DNA of 64,000 bases from Acidobacteriota bacterium (GCA_013289695.1 JABCZK010000020.1:2038-66037); one strand, 5' to 3'. Positions 26,825-35,878 are shown, numbered from the stretch's first letter. Notes: generated by a model from the sequence alone, not told the origin. Program-made: numbers and translations.

Positions 26825-27180
26825 GCCTTGCTCTCCTCGCCAGCCGGGCCCAGAATCCCTGCGATCGCCTGCGAAATCTGCGCCCAGCGCGACCGCTCGG
26901 CCGCCAGCTGCTTCTTCCCCGCCGCGCTGAGCCGGTATACGCGCACGCGCTGGTTATTTTCTGAAACCTTCCACTCCGCCGCGATCAATTTCTGCCGCTC
27001 CAGCCGGTGCAGCGCCGGATACAGCGAGCCCGTATCCACCTGCAGGATGTCGCCGGAGTTCGCGCGAATCGCAAGTGCGATCCCGTACCCGTGCTGCGCT
27101 CCCCAACGCAACGTCTGTAAAATCAGGAGGTCCAGCGTCCCCTGCAGCAGCTCGATGCGGTTCTGATACCGTGGCTTCAT
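26821..27180 (-). CDS. PadR family transcriptional regulator
   Basis: ATG 27180 with gaggaga RBS. LLQGTLDLLILQTLRWGAQHGYGIALAI...GSLYPALHRLERQKLI. Stop overlaps the permease start (ATGA). Confidence 0.9.
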   Translation of the reverse strand: MKPRYQNRIELLQGTLDLLILQTLRWGAQHGYGIALAIRANSGDILQVDTGSLYPALHRLERQKLIAAEWKVSENNQRVRVYRLSAAGKKQLAAERSRWAQISQAIAGILGPAGEESKA

Positions 27181-27189
27181 GGTCTCCTC

Positions 27190-27210
27190 GGATGTAGAGC
27201 ATCTACATCC
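27190..27210. promoter_or_regulatory. perfect inverted repeat, candidate PadR operator
   Basis: ggatgtaga-gca-tctacatcc (9-bp arms). Contains ATGT-N9-ACAT. Lies 10 nt upstream of the padR ATG. A related half-site ggctgtaga follows at 27212-27220. Confidence 0.5.
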
Positions 27211-27460
27211 TGGCTGTAGACGCCCTACACCCCTGCCGTGCTGCAATTGCCGTGCCGATTGTTTGGGAGCGAAAGTGCTTGCAGCCAAAGCTGTTAGTGG
27301 AATTGCACGCGCGGATCGCAGGCTCCGGACTGCCCGATTCTGGGACGCCTCGTCGCCAATTCGAACGGTACTTGCGCCATGCGTCGGCGATTGCAGCAGC
27401 CGTCTGCCCGTTGATCAATCAGCCGCGAAACGGCGCAGAACTTCGGTCTATAGTGTCTCG

Positions 27461-27893
27461 ATGATTCTGCCCGCGACTTCCCGGCCGCCAGCATCTGCAC
27501 GCGGCCTGACCGCGATGGGCATCTTCCTGGTGTTCGGAGCCTAAATGGCATCCTGCGCCGGACTGACCTTGGCATTGCCGGGCACGCCGCTGGCCCGCAT
27601 CTGGATTCTCAACCCGCGCGTCTACAAACAGCTCGCGCCTCTCGACAAAGAGGTGGGCGTCCTGTTCCTTCTGCTTGCCGCCGCTCTCGCGGGTTGGTTC
27701 AAACGCCGCGTTTGGGGATGGCGGCTGGCTACAGCGATTATCGCGACCCAGATCGCCCCAGACTTGGTCAACACTTTCTCGGGACACATGATCGAAGGCG
27801 GGCATCGGCGTCGTAATCGCCAGTGCGCTGCTCCTCTAGCTGTTGCGCTCGGACGTAAAGGCCGCGTTCGCCGTCGGCGAGCGGCAAAATTGA
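27461..27893 (+). pseudogene. disrupted small membrane-protein gene (two in-frame stops plus one frame change)
   Basis: MILPATS...GLTAMGIFLVFGA-TAA(27542)-MASCAGLTL...LFLLLAAALAGWFKRRVWGWRLATAIIATQ...HMIEGG. A +1 frame change near 27795-27803 then gives GIGVVIASALLL-TAG(27837)-LLRSDVKAAFAVGERQN-TGA. The unshifted frame becomes Arg-rich nonsense. Confidence 0.4.
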
Positions 27894-27952
27894 AAGCCAA
27901 AATTCTGGTTTACGCATTCACCATGCGCGGCACAGCAGTGGCACGCACGCGC

Positions 27953-28393
27953 TCAGCGATTGCGAATCGAAAGCGGTGAGCTGCTGATCACAGAGGCAGC
28001 CGCAGCTTTGGATGGTTCCGGTGCAGACGGCTTTTGCGCCTTCGCGGGCGCGGACGCAGCGGGAGCCGCAGTCCTGGTTTCCCAGGTTTTGCGAAGCTTT
28101 TCGCGTTGCGCGAGCACGTAGCTTTTGGCCTCGTCAAAACTGCGGTACACGCGCCGCCCCTTGATCATGTTGCAGGAACGGCAGCAGGCCACCAGGTTGC
28201 GTTCATCCTTCTTGCCTTTGCGAGCGCGCGGCACCACGAAATCCACCGACATGGCCAAAGCATTCTCGAAGCTGGCCGCTCCGTCGAGTCCACAGTACTG
28301 GCAGCGGTGATGATCGCGTTCCAAAATGCGCAGGCCCTCTTCGCGGGTCACCGGCCTTTCCACCAATCGAAGTGTCATCAGGTCTAATGGCAT
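27953..28393 (-). CDS. HNH endonuclease
   Basis: ATG 28393 with gggagg RBS. DHHRCQYCGLDG...NLVACCRSCNMIKG HNH/zinc motifs. Ala/Pro/Ser-rich C-terminal tail. Confidence 0.8.
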   Translation of the reverse strand: MPLDLMTLRLVERPVTREEGLRILERDHHRCQYCGLDGAASFENALAMSVDFVVPRARKGKKDERNLVACCRSCNMIKGRRVYRSFDEAKSYVLAQREKLRKTWETRTAAPAASAPAKAQKPSAPEPSKAAAASVISSSPLSIRNR

Positions 28394-28681
28394 GGAACAC
28401 CTCCCGAATCGGAAATCTTCTGGCGAGATGAAAGACGTGGATTTCCGATCGTCGTTGCCCAGACCATACGGCACGCGTGTGCCAGTGTCAAGATCACGAA
28501 GCAGATTACGAAGCAGGAGAAAGCTCGCGGCGCACGGCGGCATCGAATCGTGCATCTGAAAACCAAATCTAAGGCCTCCGTGTTTACCACGAACTGCCCG
28601 CTAGGCGTGATTAATTCCTGTTCTCGACGCTAGTCCGGAAAAACCAGCATCGTTCGCCTTCCGGTGTTCCGCGTTCAGTAA

Positions 28682-29411
28682 TTACCGCGCTGCCGCAACA
28701 GCGCGCTCCGGGTCGAAGTTGAGGTAAATGCCTTTTTCATTCGACAGCCCAGCCTTGACCTGTCGGGTCATCTCATCGGCGAGCACTTCATCGCGGCCAG
28801 CTGCAATTGCACTCAGCACCTGCCGCACTACGTCTACGGGCTTGACCTTCGGAAGAGTGAGCTCACTCGCCATATCCGTGTCCACCGGGCCGGCGTGCAC
28901 CCCCACCACTTGCGTGCCTTGCCGGTGCAAACCATTGCGTAGCCAATTCGTCAGAGCCCAAGCGGCGGCCTTCGAAGCGCTGTACGTTCCGGCGTTGGGA
29001 ACTGCTACCCAGCTCAGGATGGAGAGAACGTTAACGATGGCGCCACCACCGTTCTGCGCCAGAATCGGAGCAAACGCACGGCTCATCAGGAGCGGCCCAA
29101 AGTAGTTGGTTTCCATTTCTAACCGCGCGGCTTCGACGGAGTCGCGTCCCAGGAAACCGGTCCAAAGGGCAATGCCGGCATTGTTTATTAGCAGGTTGAC
29201 GTCGGTGCACTTGTTAGCGGCAGCAGCGATGGTTTCAGGCTTCGTCACGTCCAGACGTATCCGATTCACCCCCGTCGAGCGTTATGCGTTCCGGGTTTCG
29301 TGCTGCGGCGTAGACTTTTCTGGCGCCGGCAGCGAGCAGTTCTTGCGCAAATGCCAAACCGATTCCGCGGTTTGCTCCTGTTACGAAAGCGACTGAATCA
29401 GCGATCTTCAT
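28682..29411 (-). pseudogene. short-chain dehydrogenase/reductase gene with a frameshift in a homopolymer run
   Basis: ATG 29411 (aaggagg RBS) gives MKIADSVAFVTGANRGIGLAFAQELLAAGARKVYAAARNPERITLDG. The rest (NRIRLDVTKPE...LLINNAGIA...YSASKAA) is in another frame. The junction is the C5 run at 29269-29273 (G5 on the coding strand). Confidence 0.75.
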
Positions 29412-29469
29412 GTGTTATGCCTCCTTGTGTCGGCGACAAATCCTCCGATATCGTTGGCTTGGGTTGCTC

Positions 29470-29655
29470 ATGAGACCGAGCGGTCGCACGATTTCCCAGC
29501 ACCCCAGGTTCGATGCCATAAGAGACTGGTCGGTCGCAAATATACTTAGACCGACGCGGGGGGCGGCAGGCAAATTCCTGGTAAGCCGCGCCACCAGGCA
29601 TTCGCTTTTGGCCCAATCTTACTTGAGAAGTTCGGTTAGGACTCGCGCGCTATAA
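29470..29655 (+). pseudogene. possible truncated HxlR-type regulator remnant, divergent from the SDR gene
   Basis: HPRFDAIRDWSVANILRPTRGAAGKF loosely resembles the HxlR core (P....D.IGDKW...IL..L..G..RF). Only about 61 aa, versus about 110 or more expected. Weak. Confidence 0.25.
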
Positions 29656-30007
29656 ACCTGCCGTCTCCGCTGGTGACAACGCGCCTCTCGCAAAGTGACC
29701 TTACGAGAATGCAACTCGAGCGCATAATATGATTCTGCCGAACGGTCGGTGGCGCGAGCCGCGGAGCGAGAGCTGAGCTCCGCAGACCCTCACGCGTTAC
29801 CATGACGACATCATTCACATGAGGAATATTGTCGTCTGCGGTTTTCCATACGATCATCATTCAGGGCTTAGCGGACGAATGTTTGGCTTCTCAAGTTTCC
29901 GCCACGAATTCGTTGACTAGAGTTCGATGTTATTTACTCGGACCGCCGTCTCGGATCAAGCAACTGCTTAGCCACAGCCCAGGCCAGCGTCGAAGGAGGA
30001 ATAAATC

Positions 30008-30967
30008 ATGAAGCCCCCTTGGTTGCGCCGCGCGAGCGAAATCAACGGCGAACTCTGGCTGATTCTTTCGTTGTTTCTGATCGCGATGTTGCTGAATTAT
30101 ATGGTTAGCATGCACCATGCTGTGCTTGGCTTTTATTTCTTCCCGACCATCTTCTCGGCATACTTCTACGGCCGCCGGCATGCCACGATGACCGCCCTGC
30201 TGAGCTTTGCCCTGGTCGTTTCGCTGACATATTTCAACCCAAGTTTATTCACCTTTCATGGCGGGCAGAGTCTGGCGGACAGCAAATGGTTTGACATCAC
30301 CCTTTGGGGCGCGACGCTGATGGTAACCGCCTACGCGATGGGCACTCTCTATGACCGCAACCAAGCGAAGCTTCGGGAGCTGCGCCAAACCTATCATGGC
30401 GTTCTTCTCATTCTCCGCCAGTTCATCTCCAAGGATAAATACACACAGAACCATTCCTATCGAGTTTCGATATACGCCACAAAGATTGCTTCAGCGCTTC
30501 GATTCAACGAGGAGCGCATCGAAGACGTCCGTGCCGCGGCACTGCTCCATGACATCGGCAAGCTCGATATCAGCCGCGATCTACTTTATAAGGCAGCGCG
30601 CCTGACCCGGGACGAGACTGAGCAAGTTAAGACGCACATTGAAAAAGGAGGAGAAATCCTGCACCCCGTCGGTGGTGCGCTCCATCGAATCCTTCCCATC
30701 GTCCTTGCACACCACGACAACTTCGATGGTTCGGGACACCATCCGACTCAGGGAGAGGATATTCCGCTGGAGGCGCGCATCATTTCCGTCGCTGATGCGT
30801 ATGATGCGCTCACCAGCGACCGCCCGTACCGCAAAGCCACGTCGCCATTCGAAGCCAAAGAAATCATCATGAAGAGTGCCGGGAGCCAGTTCGATCCCGT
30901 TGTCGTCCGGGCATTCAACACCGCCTTCATCGCCGGCGAGATGGAGGTGCCCGAACTTGTTGTATAG
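30008..30967 (+). CDS. membrane-anchored HD-GYP-type phosphohydrolase (variant GYP motif)
   Basis: ggagga RBS. 4 N-terminal TM helices. AALLHDIGK (HD motif). HHDNFDGSGHHP in place of HHE..DG.GYP. IISVADAYDALTSDRPYRKA. Confidence 0.85.
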   Translation: MKPPWLRRASEINGELWLILSLFLIAMLLNYMVSMHHAVLGFYFFPTIFSAYFYGRRHATMTALLSFALVVSLTYFNPSLFTFHGGQSLADSKWFDITLWGATLMVTAYAMGTLYDRNQAKLRELRQTYHGVLLILRQFISKDKYTQNHSYRVSIYATKIASALRFNEERIEDVRAAALLHDIGKLDISRDLLYKAARLTRDETEQVKTHIEKGGEILHPVGGALHRILPIVLAHHDNFDGSGHHPTQGEDIPLEARIISVADAYDALTSDRPYRKATSPFEAKEIIMKSAGSQFDPVVVRAFNTAFIAGEMEVPELVV

Positions 30968-31144
30968 TTCGGGCGAAGTATCTTTTCAGGCCGGAGCACA
31001 GCTATTTGTGAAGGTTCCTTTTCAATGCTAGATGCCGCTATCGTAGACGGTTACGGAATCGGGCTAAATAAAATCCTGAACGCACAACGCTGAGGTCGCT
31101 CTCCGATTCAATCCACACGCCATCGCGCGCCCCGTCATTCGTTC

Positions 31145-31420
31145 ATGGCCGGCATCCATCTCACCGACCTAGAGTCGGAGAAGCACCTTGCCGCACATAT
31201 CGAGAACCTGAACTTGCTGGGATGCTTTGTCGAAACCGTGACGCCGTTCCCGAAGGGCACCAAGGTCAGACTGCAAATCTCGCATGGTGGCGTGAACTTC
31301 ATTGCGATGGGAAAAGTAGCTTATTCGCGGCCCAACTCGGGGATGGGAATCACCTTCACGACGATCGAGCCAAAGAACCAGGAAGTCCTAGATCTGTGGC
31401 TCGCGAACCTGCGAAAGTAA
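31145..31420 (+). CDS. PilZ-like single-domain protein (no canonical RxxxR in the ORF)
   Basis: 91 aa. IENLNLLGCFVET..PFPKGTKVRLQI......GKVAYSRPNSGMGITF matches the PilZ beta-barrel pattern (N.S..G ... GMG..F). Confidence 0.55.
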   Translation: MAGIHLTDLESEKHLAAHIENLNLLGCFVETVTPFPKGTKVRLQISHGGVNFIAMGKVAYSRPNSGMGITFTTIEPKNQEVLDLWLANLRK

Positions 31421-32000
31421 GCCCTGCCAGCTTGCCCGCAACTCCTGATTCGCCGTGCCAGCTCAACCGGTCGATGCAACACCACCTATTGTATTGATTC
31501 GACAGTGCTTCTGCGGGAGAACCATCTCTTTGGTTATGCTCGGTCAAAATGTAGCCGGGCAGCGTTCCGGCTGGTCCAACGCTAGCGAGCGTTTTTGGCT
31601 CTTGTTTTCAATGCAAGGCGGGTTCGAGCGGGCGACGCCGGCGATTCCCTCACCCGACGCTTGATCCCGCGGCATAATCTCCCTCATTCCACGGTAGGAC
31701 ATCCACAACTAGGACCCCGTACCGGTACCTGAAAAGTTGCAAATAGTTGACACCTTTTAAACAGAAATTTGATATGAATCGCCAACCGCGCGGGCTGTAC
31801 GCACATGTTGACCTCTTCGGCGGAGCGAAGCTTGGCTGAAGGGGCGCTGGACATCAATGCATCAGGTACTTGCACATCTGAAAAAAAGCGAAGTGGGAAT
31901 CCGACGATGCAACACGTTTGAACTCTGCCGGCGAGTCAGCAGAGCGGGCCCGCACCATTTTTGGATCAGATTAACTCTCAATCACGACGGAGGTTCACCA

Positions 32001-33314
32001 ATGAATCGGAAAATACTACTGACGGTAGTTTTTTGCGCTGTGGCTGGCCTGAGCGTTGTCGCATCCGCGGCGTTTGGGCAGGAACAACAAGAGGCAAAAC
32101 CGAAGCTGCAGGTTCGTCATGCCATCAAGCCCGCCAAGGCAGCGGACGCCGAGCAGGTGACGAGCGCGGTGGCGGCGGGGAGCGCAAGCAAGACTCCGAT
32201 GCTGCCTTTATTTACATTCAACGTGGAATCGGACCGAGACGGCAACGACTACACGGGCGTGATGGTGGGCGCCAACCCGTTCACAGGATTTGGAAAGAAG
32301 GACACGCACGTGAAGACGTTTATCGTCCCGGTGATCGTAATCACCAATACGGTGGGCACAGCCTTTGATCCCACCACTGGGGTCATCACTACCGCGCCGG
32401 GCGTCACTGTGTTCGACCCGACGAAAAACGACAACGGGTGCTTGGCCGCGCCGAACAACAACCCGCTGAAGCTCCTGCAACAATCGCCGATTTTCGATTC
32501 CTACGACATCTCCATCGGCGGCACGGATATGGGCCACACCCAATACGAAGACGCCCACCAGCGCGGCGAGTTCTGGAACGTGATTCAGAATAAGAACGAC
32601 TATCATGTGCTATTCGATCCGATCGAGAATCTATCCGCCATCGTGATCAACGTTCCGGCGGCTTTCAGCACCACACTTCCTCCAGCGGATTTCCCGGCTT
32701 GCGGGCCGTTCGGAATCGTGGACGTAGATTGGTTCGATAACTATCTCAACACGAACGTGCTGCCTGCGCTGCAACCACAGGTGAATGCGGGCAACATTCC
32801 GTTCTTCATGCTGTACAACACCGTGCTGGCCGGCCCGGTCACGAATCTCGGCAGTTGCTGCATCCTGGGTTACCACGGTACGTCCAACTTCCTGCCTCTG
32901 CAGGCCTATTCGCCCACGGACTTCGACACCACCGGACTGTTCGGGCCTACGGCGGGCGACTCGAATACGCTGTCGCATGAGGCGGGGGAATTCATCAACG
33001 ATCCATTCGGCAACAATCCCACGCCTGCTTGGGGCGGAGTAGGACAGGTGCCACCGGGGTTCTGCCAGAATAACCTGGAGGTCGGTGATCCGTTGACCGG
33101 AAGCAATTTCTCACCGATTGGCGGGCGCAACGGCTTCACCTATCACCTGCAGGAACTGACGTTCTTCTCGTGGTTCTTCGATTCGAAATCTATTGGGATT
33201 CACGGGTGGTTTTCGAACAATGACACGTTCACTACAGATGCGGGCCCTGCCTGCGTGCCCGCAGGCGGCTCGGGCGGCGCGACCAGCCCGATTCGCGTAA
33301 TCGGTAGCAAGTAG
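32001..33314 (+). CDS. secreted hypothetical protein
   Basis: ATG 32001 with ggagg RBS inside track ORF 31857-33314. Signal peptide MNRKILLTVVFCAVAGLSVVASAAFG. Contains CCILGYHG and LSHEAGEFINDP. No family recognised. Confidence 0.7.
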   Translation: MNRKILLTVVFCAVAGLSVVASAAFGQEQQEAKPKLQVRHAIKPAKAADAEQVTSAVAAGSASKTPMLPLFTFNVESDRDGNDYTGVMVGANPFTGFGKKDTHVKTFIVPVIVITNTVGTAFDPTTGVITTAPGVTVFDPTKNDNGCLAAPNNNPLKLLQQSPIFDSYDISIGGTDMGHTQYEDAHQRGEFWNVIQNKNDYHVLFDPIENLSAIVINVPAAFSTTLPPADFPACGPFGIVDVDWFDNYLNTNVLPALQPQVNAGNIPFFMLYNTVLAGPVTNLGSCCILGYHGTSNFLPLQAYSPTDFDTTGLFGPTAGDSNTLSHEAGEFINDPFGNNPTPAWGGVGQVPPGFCQNNLEVGDPLTGSNFSPIGGRNGFTYHLQELTFFSWFFDSKSIGIHGWFSNNDTFTTDAGPACVPAGGSGGATSPIRVIGSK

Positions 33315-33494
33315 AAATGTAGAATGGATCGTGCGGGGGCGGCGTGCGACATTCGCTGCCCCCTACTTTCTTTGTAGCCGAACGAGATTTGCTGCGCGTC
33401 ATTTTCGCCTCTTGCTATTGACAAACCTCCGCCTTCGGTACAAGTTCTCAAACGGCAATTTTCGAGATTTTCCGATGGTAAAGGGGAGTTCTGA

Positions 33495-35579
33495 ATGCGC
33501 ATCGCGTCGAAGTGCGTAGCTAGCTGGTTGGTTGTAGCGGGGCTGATGTGCGCGCCGGTGATTTGCGGACAAGAAGTTGGCGCGCCGCCCACGCCGCCGA
33601 AGCCGAAGACGGTGGAAATCACGCCGACGAACATCCAGGCGCACGTGGGAGACAAGATCAAGTTCACCGCAGTGGCCAAGGACGACACGGGAAAGACGAT
33701 CGATGTGAAGCCGATGATCTGGATCGCGCTGCCGCCGGATATCGCCGGAGCAGATGCTGATGGCACGGTGGTTTTTCGCGCGGCGGGGCAAGTGACGGTG
33801 GGAGCAGTGGTGGCGGGCAAGCCGGGATTTGCGACGGTGACCGTTGGAACGCCGCCGCCGGCAGCGGTGGAGGTGACGCCGCTGACGCAGGCGCTGGTGG
33901 TAGGCGGTTCCACTGTGTTGACGGCGACGGCGCGCTCCGCGAATGGCGACCCGCGGACCGATGTGGCGATTCACTGGAGTTCGAAGGCGCCAACCATCGC
34001 GAAAGTGGATGAGTCCGGGCTGGTGAAGGCGCTGGCACCGGGCACAGCGACTCTGATGGCGACGGGCGGACCGGCGAGCGGCGAAGTTTCCGTTAAAGTG
34101 GTGGCGGACACGCTGCAAAGAATTGCATTGGAACCGGCGACGACGACGGCGAAGACTGGCGACGTGGTGCACTTCACTGCGACACCCGTGGCGGCGAAAG
34201 GCGCGGCGGCTGCGGCGAAAGACCTGCTGACGAGCTGGAGCGTCAGCGGGCCGCAGGGCAAGGTTTATGCGGATGGCGCGTTCGTCGCGAATTTGCCCGG
34301 CACCTACGAAGTGACGGCAGCGATCGGCGGCCACACCGCGAACGCTTCGATCGTGGTCGCGCCGCGCAACGTGCAGCGCGGCCTGGACGTAGTGGCGCAC
34401 ATCCCGACGAAAAATGCCGAGGGCAAGGCAGTCCAAACGACCGAAGAGTGGGTCGTTGGCAATCATCTTTACGTCGCGACGATGGGAGACCGGCTGTACG
34501 CCTACGACGTTTCCGATCCGGCGCATCCCAAGGCGCTGGACAGTTTGAAGGCGGATGCGCGGCTTTACAACGATGTGAGCACCACGCCGGACGAAAAAGT
34601 GGGAGTGTTCACGCGCGAGGGCGCGTCGAACCGCAAAAATGGAATCGTGCTGTTTGACGCTTCGGACCCGGCGCACTTGAAAGTGATTTCGGAATATACC
34701 GAGACGGTGACGGGAGGAGTGCACAGCGCGTTCATCAACAGCCACTACGCGTACATCACGGACGATGCCACCGGCTCGCTGCGCGTCATTGATTTTGCGG
34801 ACCCGGCACACCCGAAAGAGGTGGCGCGCTGGCAAACGGAAAAATCGCAGGAGCAAATGATCGCTTCGCCGCTGGGCGAGGGCATGATCAGCACGGGCCG
34901 CTATCTGCATGATTTGTACGTGAAAGATGGATTGGCTTACCTGGCGTACTGGCGCGACGGCTTGGTGATTCTGGACGTTGGGGCCGGCATTAAGGGTGGC
35001 AGTCCGGAAAACCCGAAGCTGGTGGCGCAGTACAAATTTAATCATTACGAATTGTATGGAGACGGCTGGCTGGCGGGGGCGCACACGGCATTCCGCTACA
35101 AGAATTATGTGTTTGTGGGCGATGAGGTGTTCCCCGGATATTTCGATATCGGCACGAAGGAACGCATTCCCGTGCGCGGAATTTTGCACGTGATGGATGT
35201 GACGGATATCGAGCACCCACGCGAGGTGGCCAATTACGAAGTGCCCGAAGGCGGGATGCACAACGTGTGGCCGGATAACGATATTTTGTACCTGGGCGAT
35301 TACGCGGGCGGAGGTCGCGCGGTGGATATTTCCGGCGAATTGCGCGGCAATCTGTACGAGCAAGGCCGCGAAATCGCGAGCTTTTTCCCCGGCGACCCGA
35401 ATGGATATCGCGCCAATCTGCCGTTCACATGGGGCGCGCAGCCTGCCAACGGATTGATCTTCTTCAACGACATCAACAGCGGAATTTGGATCGTGAAATT
35501 GGGCAAGCCGAAATTCCAGGGATCCACGACCGCGCCGCAATTGCGGGACGAGGGAGCGACGGCGGCGAGCCCGTTTTAG
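33495..35579 (+). CDS. secreted protein with Big_2-type Ig-like domains and a C-terminal LVIVD-repeat beta-propeller
   Basis: Signal peptide MRIASKCVASWLVVAGLMCAPVICG. Three modules like VEVTPLTQALVVGGSTVLTATAR...GLVKALAPGTATLMAT. Repeats such as LYVATMGDRLYAYDVSDP and DGLAYLAYWRDGLVILDVG. Confidence 0.8.
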   Translation: MRIASKCVASWLVVAGLMCAPVICGQEVGAPPTPPKPKTVEITPTNIQAHVGDKIKFTAVAKDDTGKTIDVKPMIWIALPPDIAGADADGTVVFRAAGQVTVGAVVAGKPGFATVTVGTPPPAAVEVTPLTQALVVGGSTVLTATARSANGDPRTDVAIHWSSKAPTIAKVDESGLVKALAPGTATLMATGGPASGEVSVKVVADTLQRIALEPATTTAKTGDVVHFTATPVAAKGAAAAAKDLLTSWSVSGPQGKVYADGAFVANLPGTYEVTAAIGGHTANASIVVAPRNVQRGLDVVAHIPTKNAEGKAVQTTEEWVVGNHLYVATMGDRLYAYDVSDPAHPKALDSLKADARLYNDVSTTPDEKVGVFTREGASNRKNGIVLFDASDPAHLKVISEYTETVTGGVHSAFINSHYAYITDDATGSLRVIDFADPAHPKEVARWQTEKSQEQMIASPLGEGMISTGRYLHDLYVKDGLAYLAYWRDGLVILDVGAGIKGGSPENPKLVAQYKFNHYELYGDGWLAGAHTAFRYKNYVFVGDEVFPGYFDIGTKERIPVRGILHVMDVTDIEHPREVANYEVPEGGMHNVWPDNDILYLGDYAGGGRAVDISGELRGNLYEQGREIASFFPGDPNGYRANLPFTWGAQPANGLIFFNDINSGIWIVKLGKPKFQGSTTAPQLRDEGATAASPF

Positions 35580-35878
35580 CGATTGAAGTGTGCGGCCAAC
35601 GCGGCGTTGCGATGAGACGATGAAAGGGCAGATGATTCCACCGAGCGAGGTTCCTTTTTCGATCAGTTCAGGAGACGTTCACCCGCGTTTTGGCAATTCT
35701 TCGCGCTGATGCTCGTCTTGAACGGTTTGTACGATTATCATAACCAGAGCGGAATCGTGATTGATGTTATCGCCGCGATCGTTCTGGTCATTGTGTATTT
35801 CAGAGATCGAAGCGCGAAACAATGAGCGCGGTTGCGGTTCGGGATGGGCGGTAGCAAATCAATCGCGCCCGCCTGAGG

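Noticed and set aside
31578-31600. Hairpin aacgct-agcg-agcgtt followed by ttt, downstream of the PilZ-like gene
   Set aside because: The stem is only 6 bp with 3 GC pairs, and the T-run is partly consumed by the stem. It lies 160 nt past the stop. Too weak to call a terminator.
33399-35540. 713-aa minus-strand ORF, the third longest in this region of the track
   Set aside because: It is exactly antisense to the well-supported Big_2/LVIVD gene. Its composition is extremely Arg/His-rich and low-complexity (RRRR, HRRR runs), typical of antisense frames in high-GC DNA. No start context.
35709-35825. 38-codon hydrophobic ORF (MLVLNGLYDYHNQSGIVIDVIAAIVLVIVYFRDRSAKQ) after the LVIVD gene
   Set aside because: No convincing RBS. 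Too short to support without conservation or expression data.
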